Source: Betaproteobacteria bacterium (GTDB taxonomy: Bacteria; Pseudomonadota; Gammaproteobacteria; Burkholderiales; WYBJ01). Taken from it: DNA of 64,000 bases. Under the pieces are notes generated by a model. That model was not told the DNA's origin. It searched no databases and worked only from the letters and a program-made list of their open reading frames with translations. Both the position numbers and the translations under genes were made by a program. Below, in pieces: positions 1-9,703 of this stretch. The DNA is taken from positions 14,480 through 78,479 of the forward strand of contig WHTS01000009.1 in assembly GCA_009377585.1 (NCBI GenBank), given 5' to 3'. Numbering within the stretch: position 1 is the first letter of the stretch; each line of letters starts with the position of its first letter.

Positions 1-49
1 TCGCGGTAACGACCGCGTCGCGAATCGCACTGGCGTCCGGCGCGCTCAT
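1..49 (-). CDS. 5' end of an unidentified CDS running off the window (first ~16 codons, MSAPDASAIRDAVVTA)
   Basis: ATG at 49-47 lies 1 nt downstream of the stop of the PrpD-like gene at 51-53 on the same strand. Only 16 codons are visible, so no family call is possible. Confidence 0.3.
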   Translation of the reverse strand, partial: MSAPDASAIRDAVVTA

Positions 50-50
50 T

Positions 51-1427
51 TCAGGCGGCCCTCAGAGCGTCCTCGATCAGGACGCGCCACGGCCGGTCGA
101 GCTGTGCGGGCTCGAGATCAAGCAGGCGCTCGAAGGCGGGGCCGAACCGCGGACAGGCCGCATGCGTGACATCGCGGATCTTGTCGAAAATCACGCCTTC
201 CTCGAACGGCCGGTCCGGGCCGCCCTGCGCGCTCAGGCACTCGCGGGTGATCGAGCTGCCATCGGCGAGCTCGAAGGTCACACGGGCCGGCCGATCGTGC
301 GGCCGCGGCAGGGCCGGCTCGAAGCGGCGGAGCTCGATCCGCTCCCGCAGCCCCGCAATGACATCATCATCGAGCGTGGCGGCGGAGAACGCCTCGGCGC
401 GGGCGTGCACCTGCGCGGTTGCGACCACGTGCTCGAACGAGAACCGGGCCGCCAGGGTCGTCGCCGGACGCGTATTGGTCATTCCGGGGCGGTGCGTTTC
501 GAGCACGATGCGGCGGATGTCGCGCGCGCTCGTCCCCGCCGGCATGGCGGCGCGTGCGGCGAGGGTCGCTTCCACCGCCGAATGCGTCGACTGGCAGCAG
601 CCGTGAATCTTGTGATAGCCGCGTTGAATCGCCCACTCCTCGCCGAGCGCGGCAATCAACGCCTCGGGCGCCGGCGGCTGGCCGAGGCGTTCGGTGTAGA
701 TCGCATAGGGACTGCCGGCATGTCCGGCGATGCCGCACTCGGCCCAGTCGGCGCAGCGCATGCCGTTCGCCGTCCCGACCGCGGCCCAGACGTTGCGCAC
801 CAACGCCCCGTCGATGGCGTGCTGATAGTCGCCGGGCGAGACGAGCGTGCAGGCGGCTGTCACGGCATCGAGCGTGAGACGCGCATCAAAGCGGCGCACG
901 AGCGCGCTGGCGATGGCCCCGCCGACGGCCGCGCTTTGCGGATGCGGGTGCAAGCCCGGCGCCGGAAAGACCCAGCAGCGCGCGAACCGGGCCGTCACTT
1001 CGTAGGCGACCACCGCGGCAAACAGCACCTCGGCGATGTTCGAGGCACGCGCCTCGGCTTCCGCGAGCAAGGCAGGCAGCGTGTACAGGCCACCATGACA
1101 GGCGGCCAGCCGATAGCCCTCGTCGAGCTCGCACCAGCTGCCGGCAATGCCGTTGCCTAGGGCGGCAGAGATCCGGTCGGTGCGGACGGCACCAGGCCGA
1201 AAGAAGGATGCCTCCACGCGTGCGCCGTCGCGCAGAAGCTGCTCGTGCACGCGCACGACTTCCGGCTCGTCGCGCGCCGCGATGGCGGCCGCGACATCGT
1301 CCGCAATGATGAGCACTGCCTTGCGCAGCACGGGCTGCGGAATGTCGGTCGGCCGAATCTGGGCCGCCCAGGCAAGGAGGGTGCGAACGCCGTCCGCGGT
1401 CGCCTGCTTGATCGCCTGCTCGCTCAT
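51..1427 (-). CDS. MmgE/PrpD family protein (2-methylcitrate dehydratase-like fold)
   Basis: 458-aa ORF with length and overall sequence typical of the MmgE/PrpD family. Its ATG overlaps the stop of the upstream paralogue (ATGA at 1424-1427). Confidence 0.85.
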   Translation of the reverse strand: MSEQAIKQATADGVRTLLAWAAQIRPTDIPQPVLRKAVLIIADDVAAAIAARDEPEVVRVHEQLLRDGARVEASFFRPGAVRTDRISAALGNGIAGSWCELDEGYRLAACHGGLYTLPALLAEAEARASNIAEVLFAAVVAYEVTARFARCWVFPAPGLHPHPQSAAVGGAIASALVRRFDARLTLDAVTAACTLVSPGDYQHAIDGALVRNVWAAVGTANGMRCADWAECGIAGHAGSPYAIYTERLGQPPAPEALIAALGEEWAIQRGYHKIHGCCQSTHSAVEATLAARAAMPAGTSARDIRRIVLETHRPGMTNTRPATTLAARFSFEHVVATAQVHARAEAFSAATLDDDVIAGLRERIELRRFEPALPRPHDRPARVTFELADGSSITRECLSAQGGPDRPFEEGVIFDKIRDVTHAACPRFGPAFERLLDLEPAQLDRPWRVLIEDALRAA

Positions 1428-2800
1428 TGCACCGCCTCTCCCGCTACGCGCATCAGCTCACGCACGCGTGTGCACTCGATCGCGTTCAATCGCTCGAGCA
1501 ATCGGGCACTGCGCTCGGCGCCAAGCACCGGCCGCGTAAGCCGCACGAACTTCTCCTGCAGCCGCGTGCCCTGACGCGCATAATCCGCGCTCGGTATGCC
1601 CGTATCGCACGCGGTCACCAGCCGGCGACCGCCGCGCAGGCCGAGCGCGACTTCCGTCTGCATCAAGGGCCAACCCTCGATCAGTTCCATGCGGATGCGG
1701 TCGCGCACGCCGACGAGCACCGGGTCGGCGGCGGTGCTCTCCGAGTAGACCGCGAGATCCGCGGTATCGCGTCCGCACAACGCCATCGCCGTGGTCAGGC
1801 GAAGGCTGAACTTGGCCTCCAGTCCGGTGCGGGGACTGGCGATGTTGCAGACGGCGTCGGCGCCCCGCTCCACGCGCACCGTCACGCTCTCGATCTCGTC
1901 GGGCGCGAAGCGATGCTCGGCGCGCAGCGTGCGGGCGCATTCGATCGCCGAATGCGTGCCGTAACAGGCGGCGTGGTACTTGAAGAGGTTGTCGCGGATG
2001 AAATAGGCCTCCGGGTCGCCCAAGGCGGCCTGCGGATCCAGATCGGGGCTCAGCACCTGCGCGAATCCCTGCCTGCACTCGAGCGCATCGGTCCGGCTTT
2101 GCATTCCGCGTTGCGCCAACAATGCCGCGCGAATGCCATGCTCCGCGGCCATTCCGGCATGAAAGGGCTTGCACTGGGTGCCGAACATCGCCTTGAGGCC
2201 GGCGGCCTCGGTGGCCGCAATGCCGAGCGCCATCGCAGTGCGCTCGGCGTCGAGTCGCAGCAGGCGCGCACAGGCCACGGCGGCGCCGAGCCCGCCCACG
2301 GTCGAGGTGGCGTGGTAGCCGCGCAGGTAGTGCCCGGGAGCGGCCAGCCGGCCCGCGCGGCACGCTGCCTCGTAACCGGCAACGAACGCGCTCAGCAGCT
2401 CGCTGCCCGGCGCATCGGTCGCCTCCGCCATTGCGAGCACCGCCGGCACCAGCACCGCGGAAGGATGGCCGTTGATGTTGAGATTGACGTCGTCGTAATC
2501 GAGCACGTGCGAGGCGGTACCGTTGACGAGCGCCGCCTGCGCGCGTGTGAGCTGCACACCGCGGCCCACGACCGTGGCGGCCGCCGTTCCGCCCTCCTCG
2601 CGCGCCGCGTCGAGCAGCAGCTCGACCAGCGGATCGCCAATTCCGGCCAGAGTGACGGCGAACCAGTCGAGCAGGCATTGGCGCGCGAGCGTGCGCACGT
2701 CTTCGGGAAGGCGCGTGTAATCGATCGCCAGAGCGCGTTCGACCAGCGCGCGGGTGACGTCCTGGCACACCTTTGGGGCAACTGCAGTTGCGCTGTTCAT
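1424..2800 (-). CDS. MmgE/PrpD family protein (second paralogue)
   Basis: 458-aa ORF, paralogous to 51-1427. It starts 2 nt after the stop of the upstream Bug gene. Confidence 0.85.
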   Translation of the reverse strand: MNSATAVAPKVCQDVTRALVERALAIDYTRLPEDVRTLARQCLLDWFAVTLAGIGDPLVELLLDAAREEGGTAAATVVGRGVQLTRAQAALVNGTASHVLDYDDVNLNINGHPSAVLVPAVLAMAEATDAPGSELLSAFVAGYEAACRAGRLAAPGHYLRGYHATSTVGGLGAAVACARLLRLDAERTAMALGIAATEAAGLKAMFGTQCKPFHAGMAAEHGIRAALLAQRGMQSRTDALECRQGFAQVLSPDLDPQAALGDPEAYFIRDNLFKYHAACYGTHSAIECARTLRAEHRFAPDEIESVTVRVERGADAVCNIASPRTGLEAKFSLRLTTAMALCGRDTADLAVYSESTAADPVLVGVRDRIRMELIEGWPLMQTEVALGLRGGRRLVTACDTGIPSADYARQGTRLQEKFVRLTRPVLGAERSARLLERLNAIECTRVRELMRVAGEAVQ

Positions 2801-2802
2801 CC

Positions 2803-3777
2803 TTACTCGATCCTGACGTTCGCCGCCTTGATCACCTTGGCCCAGCGCTCGAGATCGGCGCGCTGCTTCTCGGCGAAGGCTTCGGGCGTGCTCGCCACCA
2901 CGTCGGCGCCGAGGCTGCTGAGCCTAGCCTTCATCTCCGGCTGCTGCACGTGCTCGCGGATCGCCGCGTTCAGGCGCGAGACGATGTCTTTCGGCGTGCC
3001 GGCCGGCGCGAATACACCGAACCAGCCCACTGCATCGTAGCCCGGGACGCCGCTTTCGGCGATGGTCGCAATCCCGGGCAGGTTGGGCGAGCGCTCCGGC
3101 GAGGTGATGCCGAGCGCTCGCAGCTTCCCGGACGTCACGTGCGGCGAAGTCGCGACGATGTCGCCGAACAGCACCTGCACGTGGCCGCCGATCAGGTCCG
3201 GGAAGACTGCGCCCGTGCCTTTGTAGGGAACGTGGGTGAGCCGCACCTGCGCCATGAGCTGGAACAGCTCGCCCGCGAGATGCGGCATGCCGCCGTTGCC
3301 CGAGGAGGCCATGTTGAGCGCGCCCGGTTTGGCCTTGGCGAGCGCAATGAACTCCTGCACCGACTTCGCGGCCACCGAAGGATGGACGACCATGAGATAA
3401 GGCGTCGATGCGACCAGGCTCACCGGCGTGAAATCGTTGATCGCATCGTAGGGGATGTTGGCATAGAGCGAAGGATTGATGGCATGTGCGCCCGTGCCGG
3501 AGGTGATCAGCGTATAGCCGTCGGGCGCGGAACGGGCGGCAAGCTCGGTGCCGATGTTGCCGCCGGCACCGGGACGGTTCTCGACGACCACCTGCTGCTT
3601 GAGCGCGGTGCCGATGCCCTGCGCGACGATGCGGGCGATGATGTCGGTGCCGCCGCCCGGCGCAAAGGCGACGATCATGCGGATCGGCCGGCTCGGGTAG
3701 GGGCCCGCCGCGAAAGCGACGCACGGTGCGACCGCTGCCAGTGCGACCGCCGCGCGCGCAATGCTGGCTGCTTTCAT
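2803..3777 (-). CDS. Bug family (TctC-like) tripartite tricarboxylate transporter substrate-binding protein
   Basis: Signal peptide followed by YPSRPIRMIVAFAPGGGTD. C-terminus ...RWAKVIKAANVRIE is typical of Bug receptors. Confidence 0.9.
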   Translation of the reverse strand: MKAASIARAAVALAAVAPCVAFAAGPYPSRPIRMIVAFAPGGGTDIIARIVAQGIGTALKQQVVVENRPGAGGNIGTELAARSAPDGYTLITSGTGAHAINPSLYANIPYDAINDFTPVSLVASTPYLMVVHPSVAAKSVQEFIALAKAKPGALNMASSGNGGMPHLAGELFQLMAQVRLTHVPYKGTGAVFPDLIGGHVQVLFGDIVATSPHVTSGKLRALGITSPERSPNLPGIATIAESGVPGYDAVGWFGVFAPAGTPKDIVSRLNAAIREHVQQPEMKARLSSLGADVVASTPEAFAEKQRADLERWAKVIKAANVRIE

Positions 3778-3783
3778 CGTCGC

Positions 3784-4671
3784 TCAGATCGAGGTGTCGG
3801 ATTCAAGGTAGGCACGTGCGATCTCCTCGCCGGTTGCAAGCCAGACGCCGTCGTGATCGCAGATGTACCTCAGTGCGGCGTCGAGCCCGCCGATCCGATG
3901 CGGCACGCCGATCATAAAGGGATGCAGGCAGATGGCCATGACGCGCGCCGACTGCGCCCCCTCGCGATAGAGCACGTCAAAGGTGCGTTTGATGGTGCGC
4001 TCGAAATCGTCGATCGTGCCGAGGCGGTAGTTGATCTGATTGGAGTCGTTCACCTCGTAGGAGTACGGCACGTAGACGATCTCCCGGTCGTTCACCTTCA
4101 TGCGGTACGGCTGATCGTCGTTCACCCAATCGGAGACGTAGAGGCAGCCTTCCTCGACCAGGAGGTCGAGCGTATTCCAGGTCTCGGCGAGCCCGGCACC
4201 GAGCCATCCGACCGGGCGCTTTCCCGTCGCCTGCTCGAGCTTCTGCAGGCAGTAGCGAATGAGCTCGCGCTCTTCCTCTCGGCCGAGGCCGCTCAGGCGC
4301 GTGGTGTTGGTCTTGTTGTGCCCCATGAACTCCCAGCCGAGCTTGACCGCATCCTCGATGATCTCGGGGTGGAAGTCGCAGATGTCGGCGTTGGTGGTGG
4401 CGGTCGCCCGGATGCCGTGCTTGCTCAGCACGTCCATCAAGCGGAACACGCCGACGCGGTTGCCGTAGTCGCGCTGTCCCCACGCGCGCACCGTCGGCGC
4501 CTTGTACTCGGAAGCCTTCTCCCACGGATGTCCCGCCAGCGGCGTGCCGAGATGGAAGAATTCGAGATTGGGAATGACCCACAGCGCGAGCCGCGCGCCG
4601 TTCGGCCACTTCCACGGCTTGCGGCGGTTGACCGGGACGTAGGGAAAGGGACCGTAGCTTGCCGGCTGCAT
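3784..4671 (-). CDS. Polysaccharide deacetylase family protein (PuuE/allantoinase-like subgroup)
   Basis: 295 aa. Motifs WPNGARLALWVIPNLE, DYGNRVGVFRL and LHPFMIGVPHRI are shared with the two paralogues at 6797 and 7756. Confidence 0.8.
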   Translation of the reverse strand: MQPASYGPFPYVPVNRRKPWKWPNGARLALWVIPNLEFFHLGTPLAGHPWEKASEYKAPTVRAWGQRDYGNRVGVFRLMDVLSKHGIRATATTNADICDFHPEIIEDAVKLGWEFMGHNKTNTTRLSGLGREEERELIRYCLQKLEQATGKRPVGWLGAGLAETWNTLDLLVEEGCLYVSDWVNDDQPYRMKVNDREIVYVPYSYEVNDSNQINYRLGTIDDFERTIKRTFDVLYREGAQSARVMAICLHPFMIGVPHRIGGLDAALRYICDHDGVWLATGEEIARAYLESDTSI

Positions 4672-4840
4672 GTCGAATCTCCTTAAGGGGGCAGGCGCGC
4701 GGGCACGATGCAGATGCGAGGAATTCTAGCACCGCGATTTCGGCCATCCCGCGTTGCTGCGGGGCGTATGCCGCGATCGGGCGCTGTTGTACGATCGCAG
4801 TGGCCTCTTCAAGATTGCCTCGGACAAAAAAGGAGAGCAT

Positions 4841-5806
4841 ATGATCCGCGCCTTCGTCGTGGCGACGTGCGCCGCGCTCATCGCATCGTCCCCTCACGCG
4901 TCGGCGCAAGACTGGCCATCCAAGCCGATACGGCTCATCGTCCCGTTCAGCACTGGCGGCACGACCGACATCATCGCGCGCCTGTACGCGCAGCGTCTGA
5001 GCGAAGCGCTCGGAACACAGTTCGTGGTCGAGAACCGCACGGGGGCGGGTGGCACGATCGGCACCGAGGCAGGCGCCCGTTCGGCCCCCGATGGATACAC
5101 CTTTGTGTTCGGCTCGACCAGCTCGACCGCGGTGAGTCCCGGGCTCTATCCGAACCTTTCGTTCAATATCGTGCGCGACTTCGCGCCTGTGGCGCAGGTG
5201 GCGAGCGCATCGATCGTGCTGGCCGCGCATCCGTCGCTGCCCGCGCGCAACGTCAAGGAGCTCGTGGCGCTTGCACGCGCGCGCCCGGGCGAGATCGTGT
5301 ACGCCTCGTCCGGCAACGGCAGCTCGCTGCACCTGTGCGCCGAGTACCTGAAGTACCTGGCCAAGATCGACATGCTGCACGTGCCGTACAAGGGCGTCGG
5401 GCCCGCCTTGCCGGATCTGCTTGCCGGGCAGGTCCAGCTTCTCTTCTCCGACATGCCGCCGTTCGCGCCGTACATCAAGTCCGGCAAGTTGCGCGCGCTG
5501 GGGGTGACGACGGCAAAGCGCTCGCCGTTGCTGCCCGACATTCCGGCAATCGCCGAGACCGTTCCCGGCTACGAGCTCGCCGGCTGGTACGGCGTGCTCG
5601 CGCCGGCCGGCACGCCGCGCGCGATCGTCCAGCGGCTGCACGCAGAGATCCAGAAGATCATGCGGAGCCCGCAGATGAAGGAGCGTTACGTGGCGCTCGC
5701 CATCGAGCCGGTCGAGCGCACGCCCGAGCAGTTCGGCGAGTACGTGAAGTCCGAGCTGGCGAAATGGGGCAAGACCATCCAGGTTTCGGGCGCACGGATC
5801 CAGTGA
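4841..5806 (+). CDS. Bug family substrate-binding protein
   Basis: ATG at 4841 is preceded by AAAGGAGAG. Signal peptide, then DWPSKPIRLIVPFSTGGTTD. The upstream part of track ORF 4754 is discarded. Confidence 0.9.
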   Translation: MIRAFVVATCAALIASSPHASAQDWPSKPIRLIVPFSTGGTTDIIARLYAQRLSEALGTQFVVENRTGAGGTIGTEAGARSAPDGYTFVFGSTSSTAVSPGLYPNLSFNIVRDFAPVAQVASASIVLAAHPSLPARNVKELVALARARPGEIVYASSGNGSSLHLCAEYLKYLAKIDMLHVPYKGVGPALPDLLAGQVQLLFSDMPPFAPYIKSGKLRALGVTTAKRSPLLPDIPAIAETVPGYELAGWYGVLAPAGTPRAIVQRLHAEIQKIMRSPQMKERYVALAIEPVERTPEQFGEYVKSELAKWGKTIQVSGARIQ

Positions 5807-5832
5807 AACGGCAGCTCTGCAGGAGGATTCGG

Positions 5833-6792
5833 ATGACGCGAGTGCGCTGGGCAGCATGCGGGGCGGCTTTGGGTATCGCGTTGGCAAGCCATGCTCAGGA
5901 CTATCCGAACCGAACCGTACGCATCATCGTTCCTTTCCCGCCGGGCGGAGGCACGGACATCGTCGCGCGGGCGACGGCTCAGAAGCTCGGCGAGGCTCTC
6001 GGCCAGACGTTCATCGTCGACAATCGCGCGGGAGCCGGCGGCACTATCGGCTCCGAAGCAGCCGCTCGTGCACCAGCCGACGGCTACACCCTGTCCATGG
6101 CGGCGTCCAGCACGCACGGCGCCGCCCCGAGCCTGTATCCCAAGCTCGGCTACGATCCGCTGCGCGATTTCGCGCCCATCTCGTTGATCGCGACCACGCC
6201 CTTCGTTCTGGTGGTTCACCCGGCGCTGCCGGTCAAGACGGTGGCGGATTTCATTGCCCTTGCCAAGGCGCAGCCGGGAAAGCTCGATTACGGCTCGGCC
6301 GGAACCGGCAGCTCGAATCACCTGACCGTGGAGATGTTCGACATGATGGCGGGTGTGAAGACCACCCATGTGCCCTACAAGGGATCCGGGCCGGCGCTCG
6401 TTGCTCTCAGGGGAGGACAGATCGATTTCATGATCAACGACATGTCGTCGCTGATCACTCATGTAAAGGCCGGCAAGCTGCGGGCCATCGCCGTATCGAG
6501 CAACATGCGCAATCCCCGCCTTGATGTCCCGACGATCGCCGAAACCATCCCCGGGTATCAGGCGGAAGCATGGTACGGACTCCTCGCTCCGGCGGGGACT
6601 TCGGAGGCCATCGTCGGAAAGCTGCACCAAGCACTCGTGAACGCGTTGAAAGCGACCGATCTTGCCGATCGATTGAAGGCACAGGGACTGGATCCGGTGG
6701 GCGGCACTGCTCAGGAATTTCGCGATTATATGGAGCGCGAGATCAAGCGCTGGTCCAAGGTGGTGCAGACTGCAGGCGTGAAGCTGGAGTGA
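5833..6792 (+). CDS. Bug family substrate-binding protein
   Basis: ATG at 5833 follows AGGAGG. MTRVRWAACGAALGIALASHAQDYPNRTVRIIVPFPPGGGTD. This is the C-terminal third of the artefactual 694-aa track ORF. Confidence 0.9.
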   Translation: MTRVRWAACGAALGIALASHAQDYPNRTVRIIVPFPPGGGTDIVARATAQKLGEALGQTFIVDNRAGAGGTIGSEAAARAPADGYTLSMAASSTHGAAPSLYPKLGYDPLRDFAPISLIATTPFVLVVHPALPVKTVADFIALAKAQPGKLDYGSAGTGSSNHLTVEMFDMMAGVKTTHVPYKGSGPALVALRGGQIDFMINDMSSLITHVKAGKLRAIAVSSNMRNPRLDVPTIAETIPGYQAEAWYGLLAPAGTSEAIVGKLHQALVNALKATDLADRLKAQGLDPVGGTAQEFRDYMEREIKRWSKVVQTAGVKLE

Positions 6793-6796
6793 GCGG

Positions 6797-7756
6797 ATGA
6801 TTGCGCTGGACCGCAGGATCGACTATCTCCCGCTCAACGATCGCCCGCGCATCCGCTGGCCCGGCAATGCGCGCATCGCATTCTGGGTCGTCCCGAACGT
6901 CGAGCACTACGAATACCTGCCGCCACAGGGCACGGCGCGGGAGCCGCGCGGCCACGACAACCCGGACTTCCCCGCACCCAACATTCCCGTCGCCGTGCGG
7001 CGCGACTACGGCAACCGGGTCGGGTTCTGGCGGATGCTCAAGGCGCTGGACAAGTACTCGATCCGCTGCACCGTGAACATCAACCTCGCAGTGCTCGACC
7101 ATTTTCCCGAGGAGCGCGATGCCATGGTGGAACGGAGCTGGGACTTCTGCTGCCACGGCGTCTACAACACGCGTGCCGCGCCGAAAGGCATGACGCCCGC
7201 CGAACAGCGCGCCTTCGTCCGTGACTCGATCGCGTTCCTCAAGCGCACGACGGGAAAGCAGCTCAAGGGTTTTAACGTCCTGAGCCGCGCCTCCGCCGAG
7301 CTGCCCGATATCCTCGCCGAGGAGGGAATCATCTATCACGCCGATTACTTCCACGACGACCAGCCGACGCCCATCAACGTTGTGCGCGGGAAGCTCGTCT
7401 CGATCCCTTACGGTGCCGAGCTGAACGATTCGGTGATGACTTCCCGCAACCGTCCATGGGAGCTCGACACCCTGTTCGACATGGTTCGCGATGCCTTCGA
7501 CCGGCTGTACGCCGAAGGTGCGGACAACGGCATGGTGCTCTGCCTGCCGGTGCACCCGTGGTGCTCGGGCTACCCTTACCGGATCCGCCATCTCGAGCGC
7601 ATCCTCGACTACGTGATGAGCCACGATGGCGTGTGGCAGGCGACCGCGGACGAGATCGCGGAGCACTACATCGCGCATCATTACGACGACGCCGTCGCGC
7701 ACATCCGGCGGCTGCAGGCGGAGCGCGCGCAGCGGGCCCGCGAGCGGAGTCGATAA
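6797..7756 (+). CDS. Polysaccharide deacetylase family protein (PuuE-like paralogue 2)
   Basis: 319 aa. WPGNARIAFWVVPNVEHYE, DYGNRVGFWRM and VHPWCSGYPYRI. Starts 5 nt after the Bug stop. Confidence 0.8.
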   Translation: MIALDRRIDYLPLNDRPRIRWPGNARIAFWVVPNVEHYEYLPPQGTAREPRGHDNPDFPAPNIPVAVRRDYGNRVGFWRMLKALDKYSIRCTVNINLAVLDHFPEERDAMVERSWDFCCHGVYNTRAAPKGMTPAEQRAFVRDSIAFLKRTTGKQLKGFNVLSRASAELPDILAEEGIIYHADYFHDDQPTPINVVRGKLVSIPYGAELNDSVMTSRNRPWELDTLFDMVRDAFDRLYAEGADNGMVLCLPVHPWCSGYPYRIRHLERILDYVMSHDGVWQATADEIAEHYIAHHYDDAVAHIRRLQAERAQRARERSR

Positions 7757-8703
7757 TGCCGATCCGTTTCGATTACGGCATGGATCAGGACTACTGGGAC
7801 TGGTCGCCGATCGGGCGACGTCCCGCACTGCAATGGCCAGACGGCGCGCGCCTCGCAGTGTGCATTCTGGTCGAGCTCGGCCACTACGAGTGGGCTCCCC
7901 CTGCGGGCGCTTTCGACCCGCCCACGCACATGCCCCCGCACAGCCTAAATCCGTACCCGGATTACGTGTCCGTCACCTTTCGCGAATACGGCCACCGGAT
8001 CGGAATCTTCCGCATGATGGAGGTGCTGGACCGATACGGCGTCAAGGCCACCGTGCCGATGGATGCGCATACCGCCGAAAACTATCCATGGCTCGTCGAT
8101 GCGTGCCTCGAGCGCGGGTGGGAGCCGATCGGCCACGGCGTCACGCAACGGCAAGCGATCACGAGCCTCATGTCGGAGCCGCAGGAGCGCGCTCTCATCG
8201 CGCACAGCATCGAAGCGCTGCGCAAGGCGACGGGCAAACCGCCCGCCGGCTGGCTCGGTCCGGAGCACTCGCAATCGGTGCGTACGCCCTCGATCCTGGC
8301 CGAATCCGGCATCCGCTACTGCTGCGACTTTCCCAACGACGAGCAGCCTTACCCGATCCGGACGGCCTGCGGCGAGCTGTACGCCCTGCCTTGCATGATC
8401 GAGATCGGCGACACGATCGGCCACTTCAATCGCAAGCTCCTTCTTCCGCGCTGGGTCGAGATGGTGAAGGAGGCGTTCGATGTCATGTACGACGACGCGG
8501 CGGACACCGGGTTGCTGCTGGCGTTTCGCCTCCATCCCTGGTGCGTGGGCCAGCCGTACCGGATCAAGGCGCTGGAGGAGATCGTGGCGCACATGACGCA
8601 GCGCAGCCAGATCTGGCTTGCGACCGGATCGGACATCATCGAGTGGTATCGCAGGCAGCCGCATGCGCGGCTCGCGCCGCAGCGTCGTGCGGGTGCGCAA
8701 TGA
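7756..8703 (+). CDS. Polysaccharide deacetylase family protein (PuuE-like paralogue 3)
   Basis: ATG at 7756 overlaps the preceding TAA (ATAATG). WPDGARLAVCILVELGHYE, EYGHRIGIFRM and LHPWCVGQPYRI. Confidence 0.8.
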   Translation: MPIRFDYGMDQDYWDWSPIGRRPALQWPDGARLAVCILVELGHYEWAPPAGAFDPPTHMPPHSLNPYPDYVSVTFREYGHRIGIFRMMEVLDRYGVKATVPMDAHTAENYPWLVDACLERGWEPIGHGVTQRQAITSLMSEPQERALIAHSIEALRKATGKPPAGWLGPEHSQSVRTPSILAESGIRYCCDFPNDEQPYPIRTACGELYALPCMIEIGDTIGHFNRKLLLPRWVEMVKEAFDVMYDDAADTGLLLAFRLHPWCVGQPYRIKALEEIVAHMTQRSQIWLATGSDIIEWYRRQPHARLAPQRRAGAQ

Positions 8704-8734
8704 AGGAGAAGCGTCTACGAGTGTACGCTACCGT

Positions 8735-9247
8735 GTTGAGAACTTGCCCAACGAGACCGAGCGCATGCTCGAACTGATGGATGAAGCCGGCGTCTCGACC
8801 GGGCGGGCCGTGATCTCTCCGGCCGGCGTCGCGCCCGATCGCAGCCCGGCGTGCGCGCAGGCTGCAGCGGCCGAGTACCACATCATCGACCACTTCACCT
8901 GGGCCACCCCCGGGAAGGATCGCGAGTGCTAGGTGCAGGCCATGGGATCCTTTGCGCGCTTTCCCAACGTACATGTGAAGGTGTCGTCGTTGCCGCTGGA
9001 CTCGGGCAGCGAGCCGCCCGAGTACGAGGACCTGCATCCGCTGATCAGGCGCGTGCACGCGGCCTACGGCGCCGAACCCCTCATGTGGGCCTCGGACCAG
9101 GCCCAGACAATGGGCAAGAACCGCGGCACCTATGCGCAGAATGCCAGCATCATCCGCAAGTACGCGGCGGCCTACCTGCCGGCCGCCGACGTGCAGACGA
9201 CGATGCACGGCACGCCGGCCAAGGTGATCAAATGGCCGGCGCAGTAA
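8735..9247 (+). pseudogene. Amidohydrolase-2 family relic: truncated, internally deleted, with an in-frame TAG at 8930-8932
   Basis: Track ORFs 8618 and 8933 are in the same frame, separated by one TAG. The pieces (RMLELMDEAGVSTGRAV..., ...IIDHF..., FARFPNVHVKVSS..., LMWASDQ) resemble amidohydrolase_2 blocks. The total length of ~170 aa is far too short and the N-terminal HxH is absent. Confidence 0.55.
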
Positions 9248-9282
9248 GTCGATCGAGGGCGCGAATGCGAGTGTGGTGAGGC

Positions 9283-9310
9283 TCGAGTGAGTTCATTCGA
9301 GTGAGTTCGT
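9283..9310. repeat. Tandem duplication 2 x 14 nt (TCGAGTGAGTTCAT / TCGAGTGAGTTCGT)
   Basis: Read directly; 13 of 14 positions identical. It lies immediately 5' of the 9311-9344 hairpin. Confidence 0.8.
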
Positions 9311-9344
9311 ATTCGTCATTCCCGATTACGCGGGAATGACGAAT
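9311..9344. repeat. Perfect 14-bp-stem hairpin (ATTCGTCATTCCCG-attacg-CGGGAATGACGAAT; core ATTCCC-N8-GGGAAT)
   Basis: Read directly. It sits between two convergent gene relics. There is no U-tract, so it looks REP-like rather than a canonical terminator. Confidence 0.6.
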
Positions 9345-9354
9345 TGCGATGACC

Positions 9355-9630
9355 TTACGATTCACCATACCAGGTCCGGTGTTGAATCGTTCCATCAAGG
9401 TCTCCGAAGCGGCGGCCGAGCGCGATCAAATCCTCGTCGGACAGCGACTGTCCGCGAAAGACGAGGACCAGATGGTCGAGCCATGCCTGCCTGATCTGCG
9501 CGAACTGCGCATCGCTTGCCTGCCTGAGGTCGCCGCAGCGCACTTCCGCGCCCAGCGCAGCATCCAGAGGCCGGACTTCGATCCCGCTGTAACGATTGCC
9601 ATGCAAGCTCGATGGTTTGGGGGCGCTCAT
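9355..9630 (-). pseudogene. TauD/TfdA-family Fe(II)/2-oxoglutarate dioxygenase relic (N-terminal ~90 aa only)
   Basis: MSAPKPSSLHGNRYSGIEVRPLDAALGAEVRCGDLRQASDAQFAQIRQAWLDHLVLVFRGQSLSDEDLIALGRRFG matches the N-terminal strand-helix region of TauD-like enzymes. The ORF stops long before the HxD...H iron site. Confidence 0.6.
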
Positions 9631-9703
9631 GGTCACCTCATCCTCGGTGCGTCCGGCGCAGCGCGCAAGCTGCCCAAGCGCGCGCTTCGTCCTGCGCGGC
9701 GCC

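Noticed and set aside
2773-5887. Very long track ORFs 2773-4686 (+, 637 aa) and 3977-5887 (-, 636 aa)
   Set aside because: Both lie antisense to, or out of frame with, well-supported Bug and deacetylase genes. They are Arg/Ala/Gly/Pro/His-rich with no recognisable motifs. They are typical shadow ORFs of ~67% GC DNA.
4708-6792. 694-aa ORF that could be read as a fusion protein
   Set aside because: Only the last 319 codons (from ATG 5833, preceded by AGGAGG) look like a Bug receptor. The first 375 codons are an Arg-rich alternative frame of the Bug gene at 4841-5806.
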